64,000 bases of DNA, taken from contig JAYZET010000027.1 in the NCBI GenBank assembly GCA_036337155.1, forward strand, positions 8,009 to 72,008, in the 5' to 3' direction. Numbering within the stretch: position 1 is the stretch's first letter; each line of letters starts with the position of its first letter. The notes below the pieces were generated by a model. That model saw nothing but the letters and a program-made list of their open reading frames with translations, was not told where the DNA came from and made no database searches. Below are positions 55,015-64,000 of this stretch, piece after piece. A program made the position numbers and the translations under genes. This stretch comes from Pseudomonadota bacterium. Its GTDB lineage: Bacteria > Pseudomonadota > Alphaproteobacteria > UBA8366.

Positions 55015-55179
55015 ATTTTCGTTCCTTCCGGTTACAGCTCATTCCGAGTCGGTCCCAAGGACCGCCTCTAATCGCAATGATGTGGCGACGCCAGGAAGTT
55101 GCAAGCTAGATTTGCCGGAGCAGCATTACGCGCCTTATAACCAAAGAACCAAAAAAGAATACTCATAACGAGGTCAGCG

Positions 55180-56445
55180 ATGTTAGAAGACGGTTACGGA
55201 AACAATCTCAACACGGTCTCGCAATCCGCGCGCGATTACTATATCGACGGCGTAGAGAAATTTTTAGCGGCACAGCAGGGTGCAGAGGCAGCGTTCCGTG
55301 AGTCCACGGAAGCGGACGAAAACCTAGCGGTCAGTCATGTAGGCGTAGCAAGATGCCGGCTGCTGATGGGAGACCGGAACGGCGCGGCGGCCGCTATCGC
55401 CTCCGCCCGCGCGACAGCATCCAGCCTAAGCTCGCGCGAGGCGGCGCATGTCGAGGCAATTGGCCGGCTTGTCGACGGCGACAGTCCAGGTGCCTACAAA
55501 GCTATCCGCGCCCATGTGACCAAGCATCCGCGCGACGTCATGATCGCACAAACCTGCACCAGCGTGTTCGGTCTGATTGGGTTCAGCGGTCGCGAAGGTC
55601 GCGAAGCAGAGCAGCTTGTGTATACTAGTCTGCTCGCGCCTGCCTATGGAGACGACTGGTGGTTTCTCGGTATGCACGCCTTCGCAAAAGCCGAGGTTGG
55701 ACAACTCGACAGCGCTCGCGAGTTGATCGAAAAGGCGCTCGAAGGTAACCCGCGAAGCGCACATAACGCTCATGTTAGCGCTCACATCTACTACGAGGCG
55801 GGCGACAACAAGACTGGTTACCATTTCCTGAAGAATTGGTGGAACGGCTACAACAAGGGAGGCGCGATTCATGGTCATATCTCTTGGCATTTAGCGCTGT
55901 GGACCATGGCGGCCGGCAACACTGAGGCAGCCTGGCAAATCGTTGATGAGCACTGTAAACCCGGTGGCTCGGAAGGTCCGCCTCTAAACATCCTTACCGA
56001 CACGGTATCATTTTTACACCGCGCATCGCTCGCCGGCATCGAAGTCCCTTCGACGCGTTGGCAAGAGATAAGCGAATATGCAGCGAGCTCTTTCCCAACT
56101 TCGGGCATGGCTTTTGCCGACATACACTCGGCACTTGCCCATTGCATGGCTGGAAACATAGACGCCTACGAAACCCTCACCAAAGAAGCCATAGGCCCAG
56201 CGGCAGAGGTGGTTTCATCCGTTTGGGCCGGCTTCAGCGCCTTCGCCAGTGAAATTTGGGATGACGCGGAGCAACATCTTGGCGCCGCGATGTCGGCCCA
56301 TGAACGCCTCGGCGGGAGTTGTGCGCAGCGCGACCTACTGGAGTTCAGCCTCGCATATGCGATGCGGCAACAGGGCAGAAACAAGGACGCCGAACGGATC
56401 ATCGCCATGCGCCGACCAAGACAATCAGAACTTGCGGTCATCTGA
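55180..56445 (+). CDS. TTC38-like TPR protein
   Basis: HPRD, AHVSAHIYYE, HGHISWHLAL, LGGSCAQRD motifs. Confidence 0.8.
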   Translation: MLEDGYGNNLNTVSQSARDYYIDGVEKFLAAQQGAEAAFRESTEADENLAVSHVGVARCRLLMGDRNGAAAAIASARATASSLSSREAAHVEAIGRLVDGDSPGAYKAIRAHVTKHPRDVMIAQTCTSVFGLIGFSGREGREAEQLVYTSLLAPAYGDDWWFLGMHAFAKAEVGQLDSARELIEKALEGNPRSAHNAHVSAHIYYEAGDNKTGYHFLKNWWNGYNKGGAIHGHISWHLALWTMAAGNTEAAWQIVDEHCKPGGSEGPPLNILTDTVSFLHRASLAGIEVPSTRWQEISEYAASSFPTSGMAFADIHSALAHCMAGNIDAYETLTKEAIGPAAEVVSSVWAGFSAFASEIWDDAEQHLGAAMSAHERLGGSCAQRDLLEFSLAYAMRQQGRNKDAERIIAMRRPRQSELAVI

Positions 56446-56528
56446 ACTACCACTCTCTTGTCGATCATCCAACGACGCATCATTTGTCTCACTGTCTCCG
56501 GACAACCAATGAGAAGATAGAGGGCATA

Positions 56529-56897
56529 TTGATCGGTAAATCCGGAAAGCTGAAAAGAGGTATTTGTACATCAGACAAGGAGAGCACCACGGTTCGCGCC
56601 TGGGACTCGTGCAACGACCTCATGGACGTCATGTCCTCCCTAAAATTTTTATTGTTACACCTGACAGGGCAACCGGCGACGCCGGATCAGGTGTTTTTTT
56701 TGGACGGAATGCTAGACGGGCGAGAGAAACATAGAATGGTGCCATGCGGCCAAGCGGCACGGATGACACTAGCCCGAGCTCCCGAGATGCTTCAGGGGGC
56801 TGTGGCGGCTGGAATCAATGGTGTGGGCTCTGTGATTCTCAGCGCAGCGGAGAACGCTGGTAAACTGCTGGTTCGTGTCGTTACCGAGATGAACTAG
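56529..56897 (+). pseudogene. Truncated citryl-CoA lyase / citrate synthase-like gene
   Basis: IGK..ICTSD...TVR, LTGQPATPDQVFFLD, AARMTLA.APE.LQGAVAAG..G.GSVIL; TAG after about 122 codons; no C-terminal PGFGH half. Confidence 0.7.
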
Positions 56898-57117
56898 AAT
56901 ATTGAAACGGGAGAAGTGACGGCTAGCCGGATTGCGCTGGAGCCTCGCAAAAGCGGTCCGTCGGGGCCCAAATTGGTTCTTCTGCATTCTCGCGTCTCCA
57001 CTTATGTGGCTCTACTGCAATCGAGATAGCCCGATAGCCGAGTTTCCAAACGGATGCAGAATAATAATCATCGTGTTATCCTAATTCTGATTTCTTTAGC
57101 GACGGGGAAGATGAACC

Positions 57118-57636
57118 ATGCCAAATGTGCCGCCAACCGGCCCAGTATCACTGCCAAACACGCAGCGTGTCCGCGCCCATTGCCCCGAACTCCTTGAAGG
57201 GCTCAACACCTATTATGAGAAAATTTGGCTTAGCGACCGGGTTGACGCCGGAATCAAGGAATTGGTCCGTATGCGTTGCGCCACTATCAACGAGTGTCGC
57301 TATTGACTGAACTATCGCTATGCCGCGGGCCGGCATCACGGTATTACGGAGGAAAAACTTGCTGAGGTCTCCAATCCCGACCACATAGTCTTCACACCGC
57401 GCGAGCGTGCCGTCCTGCGGTTCGCGGGCGCGATGTCACAGAACGAGACTGATGCGGCTGAGGGCCTGTTTGCGGAGATGCGTGTGTTCTTCGACGACGC
57501 TCAAATTGTAGAGATTGGCTTCGCTGTCGCGACGCTGCACGGAATGAACATCTTCAATAACATGTTTGACATCGAGCCCGAGGACCAAGTCATGGTAAGC
57601 ATGACAGGTATGCCGGAAGAGCAAGCGGCAGAATAA
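57118..57636 (+). CDS. AhpD/CMD-family peroxidase-like protein, probable selenoprotein (CxxU; Sec at TGA 57304-57306)
   Basis: One frame of 172 codons with a single in-frame TGA: KELVRMRCATINEC-R-Y-[TGA]-LNYRY..GITEEKL..FTPRERAVLRFA..FFDDAQIVEI; family motifs on both sides of the TGA. Confidence 0.82.
57313..57343 (+). promoter_or_regulatory. Putative bacterial SECIS hairpin
   Basis: Lower stem TATCG/CGGTA, 2x2 internal loop, upper stem ATGCCG/CGGCAT, loop CGGGC separated from the TGA by 19 nt, G at loop position 2. Confidence 0.65.
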
Positions 57637-57646
57637 GGAGGCAACC

Positions 57647-58507
57647 ATGCCTAAAGCCCTAACCGAGGAAGCTATCGAACGATTACGACACGAAGGTTTT
57701 CATTTTCCGATTCCTGGCGTTACCAAGGCAGAAGCATTGAGCTACCGGCAACAGCTCGAAACATTCGAGGCTGCCAACGGCGGCGCGCTTAAGGGTGCAT
57801 ATCGGTTCAAGACGCACCTGCTTTTTAAATGGCTCGCCAACCTGGTCCGCGCACCACACATCCTCGACCCCGTCGAAGATCTAATCGGGCCGAACATTCT
57901 TTGTTGGACCACGCATTGGTTTATCAAGGAGGCGAACAGCCCAAACTACGTCTCATGGCACCAAGACAATAATTATTGGGGCCTTGGTACTAAGAAGCTT
58001 GTCAGCGTCTGGATTGCTCTGTCACCAGCAACGCGCGAAAGCGGTTGTATGCAGATGCTGCCAGGCAGCCACCTTCACCCGCCGATGCCCCATACCGACA
58101 CGCAGGCCGAGCACAATATGCTGACCCGCGGCCAGACAATTATGGAAATAGACGAAAGACATGCGGTGGACATCGAACTCCGGACTGGAGAAGCCGCCCT
58201 ATTCGACTATTCGATCGCCCACGCCTCTCCCCCTAACCAGAGCAACGACCGGCGCATTGCCATCGTACTGCGCTACATTCCGCCGGAGACAAAGCAGTTG
58301 CTTGCAGATTGGGACAGCGCAGCCTTGGTGCGCGGTGAGGACCGCTACGGCCATTTCGAGCACGAACCGGAGCCAACTTGTGACATGGATCCAGTCGCTG
58401 TCGCCTTCCACCGCAAGGCCGAAGAGATGCAACGGCAGGTCTATTTCAAGGATACCGAGTGGCAAGACAGCCGAGTGTCCGTCCAAGGAGTAGAATCGCC
58501 TTATTGA
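57647..58507 (+). CDS. PhyH-family Fe(II)/2-oxoglutarate dioxygenase
   Basis: VSWHQD, VWIALS, GCMQMLPGSH, IAHAS.PN.SNDRRI; SD AAGGAGG overlaps the upstream stop. Confidence 0.9.
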   Translation: MPKALTEEAIERLRHEGFHFPIPGVTKAEALSYRQQLETFEAANGGALKGAYRFKTHLLFKWLANLVRAPHILDPVEDLIGPNILCWTTHWFIKEANSPNYVSWHQDNNYWGLGTKKLVSVWIALSPATRESGCMQMLPGSHLHPPMPHTDTQAEHNMLTRGQTIMEIDERHAVDIELRTGEAALFDYSIAHASPPNQSNDRRIAIVLRYIPPETKQLLADWDSAALVRGEDRYGHFEHEPEPTCDMDPVAVAFHRKAEEMQRQVYFKDTEWQDSRVSVQGVESPY

Positions 58508-58764
58508 TAAATTATTGAACAACCTTGAGACGGCGTCCATTGCGGCTATAGAACCGGCTGCTATACCCTCTACGAATGCGGCCATATAGAACATATCCAG
58601 GAAGTCGATTAAGATTTGTACGTTATCCTGATTTAAAGGAGCCTTTCTTGTAATTGCCGGTAACTCACTGTTGTGCAGCGCGAAGTTGGCCACTCGTCCA
58701 TCCTTCAAAGTGGTCTAAATTGCGAAAGAACATTTTTATACCCAGGGGAACGAGGATTTAGGCC

Positions 58765-59940
58765 ATGAAGGTCCAAGATTGCATAAATCTCGACGATCTG
58801 CGGAAAATTGCAAAAAAACGCGTCCCAAAGATCATTTATGATTTCATCGAAGGTGGGTCGGAAGACGAAGCCGGTCTATCGCGCAACGAAGACGCATTCC
58901 GGAACCGCGCCCTGGTCCCGCGATACATGGTCGATATCTCAACGATCAACCAGAAAACGGAACTCTTCGGACGAACCTATTCAAGCGCATACGGAATTGC
59001 CCCAACCGGCGGCATTTCAAACTATCGCCGCGGGGGCGACCTTATGCTGGCCCGCGCTGCACGTGATGCAAACATTCCATTCATTATGTCTGGCGCTGCA
59101 ACCGCCAAGATGGAAGACGTGGCGCGCGAAGCACCGGATCATGGATGGTATCAACTCTATACAGCGAAAGACCGCTCTATCTCGGAAGACCAAGTTAAAC
59201 GAGCTGCCGACCTCGGCTTTCAAACCCTTGTAATTACTGTCGATGTACCGGCGAGCGGCAATAGGGAACGCAACAAGAGAAATGGCTTCGGCCGGCCACT
59301 GCGGCTTTCCTGGGAGTGCAAGTTCGATGCCTTGCGGCGGCCATTATGGCTGAAAGATTACATGACCCACGGTATCGCGATGATAGCAAATTGGGAGAAA
59401 TATGCACCGGATGGCTCGAATGCTCACGAGGTTGGTGAATTCGTCGCCAACCAGTTTCCAGGGCCCCTTACCTGGCAAGACATAGAGCATTTCCGTCGCC
59501 TTTGGTCCGGCAATCTTGTGTTAAAAGGGATCATGCGGGTCGATGACGCCATCCGCGCGGCTGAGGCCGGCGTCGACGGCTTGATGGTTTCAAACCATGG
59601 TGCTCGGCAGTTAGATCGTGCGCCCTCACCCCTCGACGTGCTGCCCGCTATCAATGCTGCTGTCGGTGACCGCATGATTTTGATGTTGGACGGCGGTGTC
59701 CGGCGCGGCGCAGATATTATGATCGCCCTCTGCCTGGGAGCGAGGTTCGTATTTCTTGGCCGACCGACGCTCTATGGATGTATTGCCGGTGGCCAGGTAG
59801 GCGCAGCGAAGGCCGTTGATATAGTGCTGCAAGAAATTGAAACCAATCTGAAGCAGATCGGTTGTCCATCACTCGATCAACTTGGTCCTGACTTCCTACA
59901 CTGGGACCCAGCGGAGGCGCAAAATAATTTTCGAAACTAA
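58765..59940 (+). CDS. FMN-dependent alpha-hydroxy acid oxidase/dehydrogenase
   Basis: APTG, WYQLY, ITVD, LKGI, VSNHGARQLD, DGGVRRGAD, GRPTLYG. Confidence 0.93.
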   Translation: MKVQDCINLDDLRKIAKKRVPKIIYDFIEGGSEDEAGLSRNEDAFRNRALVPRYMVDISTINQKTELFGRTYSSAYGIAPTGGISNYRRGGDLMLARAARDANIPFIMSGAATAKMEDVAREAPDHGWYQLYTAKDRSISEDQVKRAADLGFQTLVITVDVPASGNRERNKRNGFGRPLRLSWECKFDALRRPLWLKDYMTHGIAMIANWEKYAPDGSNAHEVGEFVANQFPGPLTWQDIEHFRRLWSGNLVLKGIMRVDDAIRAAEAGVDGLMVSNHGARQLDRAPSPLDVLPAINAAVGDRMILMLDGGVRRGADIMIALCLGARFVFLGRPTLYGCIAGGQVGAAKAVDIVLQEIETNLKQIGCPSLDQLGPDFLHWDPAEAQNNFRN

Positions 59941-59944
59941 CGCT

Positions 59945-61168
59945 CTAGACGTCCTTCGGCGACGATAGGTAAGCAGCATAAATAGCAAACAGTGAGAGTA
60001 AGGCGAAGGTGGCGGAAGTAAGGAATACCATGGCAGGCAATCCAGCATCGAGAAAGGCTCCGAGCATCAGTGGTGAGATGCTGACACCAAGGGAATACCC
60101 AACGAAGACAAAGCCAAAGACTTTGCCGGTCTGACCAGCTGGCGTTAGAGTTCTCAACATCAGGTCGCGTGGCGGCAGCACTGCACCGAGCCCGATACCC
60201 GCTAAGGCCATAATTGCTATCAAGGTTATATCGGACAGCCCACCAAACATCGGGATCATCGAGGCAACAGTACCCAAAATCAATGCTAAAGCCGCGGTCA
60301 CTATGTGGCGAGGATAGCGATCAGCAATTATGCCAGCCAATAATATGCCAGCGACAACTCCAAATAAATGAGCTGTCAGCGCAGTGTTAGCGACGCTCAA
60401 CTGAAGCCTATGTAAGTCGATTAGCCCGCTGACTGTAAAGGCCAGAAGGCCGCCACTTGCCATCCCGTAAAGCGTGAAGAACGCGAGGAATAACAGTACC
60501 GGAGCCGTAAACAGAAGACCGATGCCGCCATTCTCTGACAGTTTTAATTCCATCGTTTCTGCACCTTCCCCGATCAAAACCTCCCGGCGGAACGCCATTA
60601 TTGTAAAAATTGCAAGTCCCACGGCGCCAGTAGCAATCAATGCTGTACGCCAGTCGAACAGGGCGACAAGCGCCAGCATGCTGACCGGAGCACAGGCTCC
60701 ACCAAGGAAACCTGAAAAAGTGTGCATTGAGTATGCACGTCCAAGTCGCTTTTCACCAATTGCGCCCGCAAGAATTGCGTAATCCGCTGGATGAAAGACA
60801 CTGTTTCCAAGGCCTGCAAAAATCGCCAGGACCAATAGCAACCCAAAAGAAGAGGCAAACCCCATCAACAGAACGGACCCTGATATTAACGCCAAACCGA
60901 CCAATAAAACCCGGCGCGGACCAAGGCGATCGACCAGGAAACCCACCGGCGCCTGGACAACCCCACCAAGTAGGCTGAACGCAGTCATTGCGAGTCCGAG
61001 TTCTAGGTAGGATACTCCGAACTCAACCTTCAACAGCGGAAAAAGGGGCGGCAATACGAGGCCATAAAAATGACTGAGGAAATGTCCAGAGCTGATTAGA
61101 GCGAGCGCCCAGCGTTCGTCGCCTGTCGCCTGGTCCCTGCCAACCTCAGCCAATCTTGCTTCTGCCAT
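59945..61168 (-). CDS. MFS transporter (Fsr-like)
   Basis: HFLSHFY, GFLVDRLG, GNSVFHPADY, PPRDL; start ATG 61168. Confidence 0.88.
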   Translation of the reverse strand: MAEARLAEVGRDQATGDERWALALISSGHFLSHFYGLVLPPLFPLLKVEFGVSYLELGLAMTAFSLLGGVVQAPVGFLVDRLGPRRVLLVGLALISGSVLLMGFASSFGLLLVLAIFAGLGNSVFHPADYAILAGAIGEKRLGRAYSMHTFSGFLGGACAPVSMLALVALFDWRTALIATGAVGLAIFTIMAFRREVLIGEGAETMELKLSENGGIGLLFTAPVLLFLAFFTLYGMASGGLLAFTVSGLIDLHRLQLSVANTALTAHLFGVVAGILLAGIIADRYPRHIVTAALALILGTVASMIPMFGGLSDITLIAIMALAGIGLGAVLPPRDLMLRTLTPAGQTGKVFGFVFVGYSLGVSISPLMLGAFLDAGLPAMVFLTSATFALLSLFAIYAAYLSSPKDV

Positions 61169-61278
61169 CTCACACCCTTCAGCAAGTATCTTGCACGATC
61201 GATCAATATAGCTCGGACGACAATATATGAACGTCGAATGGCCTATTTCGCAGGGATCTAGTAGAAGGGCACATAGCG

Positions 61279-62085
61279 CTAACCCATCATCTTCCGACGT
61301 GTGCCAGGGGTAGGCGGCATGCGTGGCGGTCCGGCGAAACACTGCGCCACGCTCATCCACCTTGTCGCGACCTCACCTATCACCATAAGAGAGGTGTCAG
61401 CAATATTCCGTGTTTGTGTCACCACTTGGCAGAACTCAACGGCCGCTCCTTCAATTCGTTCTGTATCTGAAAGATCGTTCCACTCCCAAACCGCACCGGA
61501 TGGACCAATCAATCGAAGATGAGGCGCCTGCGCCGGCGCTTCCTCGCTACGATTAACGAAGGTCCAGTGGAAGGTGTTCACACCCAGCACGGCAACGTTC
61601 TTGATCCGATCTGTATCCTGCCGTTCGACGCCAAAGAGGTCAAAAACCGCCTGACCATGCGACCATGTTTCCATCAGCCGCGCAGTTATGCTGGATCGCG
61701 CACTCATGTCTGGCCCCACCCATTTGACCCGCTTCTTCGGGTCGGCTACAGAGAAGCGTTCGCTCATCGGCCCATAAAAATGGCGCCAGGCGGCAAGTAA
61801 TTCCTTGCCTGCAAGACCTTCCAGAATTTGGGCTGTCGCCTCCGGCGTATCCATGCCGCCGTCCCGCAGAGCCTTCATCTTCGCATATGTTGCATGAAAG
61901 GCCGCTTCGTCGTTAAGCGATAGATCGGCGAGCCTATTGCCATGATGGAGATGGCGTAAGATATCGTTTGCCGTCCAGTTCTTGAACAGGGTCGGGAGCT
62001 CAAAATCGGCCTCACCAAGTGGCGCGAGGAGGTCATGCAGGACCTCACATTCTTCCCTGAAATCATCTGCTTGCGATAAGGTCAC
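61279..62085 (-). CDS. TIGR03084-type metal-binding protein (MDMPI/DinB-like superfamily)
   Basis: WTANDILRHLH, WVGPDMSARSSITARLMETWSHGQ, FCQVVTQTRN, AQCFAGPP; GTG start after GGGAG. Confidence 0.8.
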   Translation of the reverse strand: MTLSQADDFREECEVLHDLLAPLGEADFELPTLFKNWTANDILRHLHHGNRLADLSLNDEAAFHATYAKMKALRDGGMDTPEATAQILEGLAGKELLAAWRHFYGPMSERFSVADPKKRVKWVGPDMSARSSITARLMETWSHGQAVFDLFGVERQDTDRIKNVAVLGVNTFHWTFVNRSEEAPAQAPHLRLIGPSGAVWEWNDLSDTERIEGAAVEFCQVVTQTRNIADTSLMVIGEVATRWMSVAQCFAGPPRMPPTPGTRRKMMG

Positions 62086-62264
62086 GTCTTGCTCCCATTT
62101 CTCTTCGGTACTGCAACGGCGCTGCTCCCAAGATAAAGCGCAAGGGGCGAAAATCCAACCTGCCTTGCTTGCGGGCGCACATCGGCTATCGTCCACCTTG
62201 TCAAATTCGTATTAGCAATGCGAGAACCTTTCAGCCCTTCGCGTAAATCAAACGGAGCAATACC

Positions 62265-63746
62265 ATGTCAGAGACACTCGCCCGCGAGATCGTCGATGAG
62301 AATGTTTGGGAAAGATCCGTCGAGCACCTTGCAAAGGCCGGCGTCCGCCTGCCACGCCTCTCCGAACTCGCCAATCCAAAGATGATAGACAAACACACGA
62401 TTGCTGCGTACGAAGATATAGATCCCGACGCTCCCGAACCCGGCAACCTGTTCCGAGTGCATTGGCACAATGGGGACGACCGACGGACAATTACAGAGAC
62501 TCCCGCTCATATCGTCCTAACGAAAGAGCTGACCGGCGTCGACGCAAAGATAATAGTCGCCATCGGTAACCGCTTCCCAATGATTCAAACACACAAGGTG
62601 CTCGCAGCATATGGCTGTCTGGCACCCCGTTTGGTGACAGGCCAATTCAACCCCACCCGCCATCGAGCGATATGGCCGTCAACGGGGAATTATTGCCGCG
62701 GCGGGATCGCTATATCGCGAATACTCGGATGCCGCGGCGTCGCCGTCCTTCCTGAGGGCATGAGCGCTGAACGGTTCCAGTGGCTTGAACGATGGGTTGA
62801 CGGTCCAGAGGACATCATTCGGACACCCGGCACCGAGAGCAACGTCAAGGAAATCTATGACGCCTGCCACGTCCTAGCCCAAAAAGACAACAACGTGATC
62901 CTCAATCAATTTAACGAATTTGGAAACTATATTATCCACCGCGCCGTGACAGGACCCGCATTAGAACAGGTGTTTCTAGCCGTTGCGGCGGGAACCCCTT
63001 TGCGCGCCTGTTCATTCGTGTCCGCCACAGGTTCGGCCGGCACAATTGCCGCCGGCGATTATCTTAAATCCGTACTTGGCGTCGATGTTTGCGCGGTCGA
63101 AGCGTTGGAGTGCCCGACACTCCTAATGAACGGCTATGGAGAGCACAATATCCAAGGGATTGGCGACAAACACATCCCCTTTATCCACAACGCTCTTAAC
63201 ACGGATTATGTAATAGGCGTATCGGACGCGGCGTCTGATGCGCTTAACCTTTTGTTCAATACTTCTATTGGGCGGGACTACCTCGCACGGCGCACCGATC
63301 TAGGTTACGAAGCGCTCAGCGCCCTTGCAGATCTTGGACTGTCCGCGATCGCCAACGTGCTTGGCGCGATCAAATACGCAAAATACCAGCAGTTGGGTCC
63401 AGAGGACGCGGTGCTGACGCTGGCGACCGACGGCGCTGAACTCTACAGCAGCGAGATTGATAAGACGCGAAATAAAGCATTCCGCGGCGCCTTTGACAGC
63501 GAATCAGCAGCCGAAATTTATGGACGCTACCTGCTTGGCACGGGGACAGGAGACATGAAAGAACTGACGCGACCCGAGCGCGAGGCAATCTTCAATCTCG
63601 GGTACTTCACCTGGGTCGAACAGCAGGGCGTATCGCTCCCGGATTTCGAAGCAAGGCGCGATCCTAGTTTCTGGGATAATATGATGGAATTAGTGCCGAT
63701 TTGGGATGGCCTTATCGACCGATTCAATGCCGAAACAAATTTATAA
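62265..63746 (+). CDS. PLP-dependent fold-type II enzyme (cysteine synthase/TrpB-like superfamily)
   Basis: [10 protein letters not shown] (PLP Lys), [45 protein letters not shown]. Confidence 0.88.
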   Translation: MSETLAREIVDENVWERSVEHLAKAGVRLPRLSELANPKMIDKHTIAAYEDIDPDAPEPGNLFRVHWHNGDDRRTITETPAHIVLTKELTGVDAKIIVAIGNRFPMIQTHKVLAAYGCLAPRLVTGQFNPTRHRAIWPSTGNYCRGGIAISRILGCRGVAVLPEGMSAERFQWLERWVDGPEDIIRTPGTESNVKEIYDACHVLAQKDNNVILNQFNEFGNYIIHRAVTGPALEQVFLAVAAGTPLRACSFVSATGSAGTIAAGDYLKSVLGVDVCAVEALECPTLLMNGYGEHNIQGIGDKHIPFIHNALNTDYVIGVSDAASDALNLLFNTSIGRDYLARRTDLGYEALSALADLGLSAIANVLGAIKYAKYQQLGPEDAVLTLATDGAELYSSEIDKTRNKAFRGAFDSESAAEIYGRYLLGTGTGDMKELTRPEREAIFNLGYFTWVEQQGVSLPDFEARRDPSFWDNMMELVPIWDGLIDRFNAETNL

Positions 63747-64000
63747 AGGCTCCGGTTTTACGGCGCTAAGAAAAAAGAAAAAGCTTGAGGGGCGTTCTTT
63801 ACCCTGGACTATACGTCCCTCTTAAAAACGTAATTCTTTGCATAACCGATTTCTCTCAATATTTGCTAATATGGCTCGAGATAACCACTCATATGTAAGG
63901 CATTTATAAAAATCTTGAATTTTTTTGGCTTAATTATGTTTTCAACTATTTGCGCGAACAGCGCGCTGTTATAAATAAACCGGCGGAAACTGCAGGGCCG

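Noticed and set aside
56895-56897. TAG as pyrrolysine read-through
   Set aside because: Downstream sequence does not restore the expected PGFGH motif; no pyl genes seen
57433-57636. 67-aa stand-alone ORF
   Set aside because: No SD; it is the C-terminal part of the TGA-read-through CMD protein
58199-58708. 169-aa minus-strand ORF
   Set aside because: Mostly antisense to the PhyH gene; the intergenic part could be a fragment but I cannot assign it
63950-64000. Possible promoter or RNA gene start at the window edge
   Set aside because: Truncated, and the -35/-10 spacing is unconvincing

Overview
The window looks like a chromosomal segment of an aerobic alphaproteobacterium (Rhodospirillales-like, inferred from gene order, ccrM, an alpha-type LexA box and type II thrB). 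Positions 1-51 kb are mostly conserved core: gshA, tldD, the aa3 cytochrome c oxidase operon, thrC, dsbD, thrB-rnhA, a tandem glycine riboswitch ahead of gcvTHP, the F0 ATP synthase operon, smc-dsbA-dciA-mutY, ccrM-rnhB, a PA0069-family radical SAM gene, the TIGR04283/TIGR04282 transferases, moaB, slt, udg, ETF-QO, a TPR protein and ispE. The core is interrupted by an AT-rich relic at about 39-40 kb and by in-place gene decay (a DUF983 pseudogene). Around tRNA-Gln (52.3 kb) an accessory catabolic/redox region begins. The best finding is at 57118-57636: two 'short ORFs' are one AhpD/CMD-family gene with an in-frame TGA at the second Cys of the CxxC motif (C-R-Y-U), followed by a SECIS-like hairpin. 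It is a probable selenoprotein, closely linked to a PhyH-family Fe/2OG dioxygenase. All family calls come from motif recognition by eye; no database search was run.
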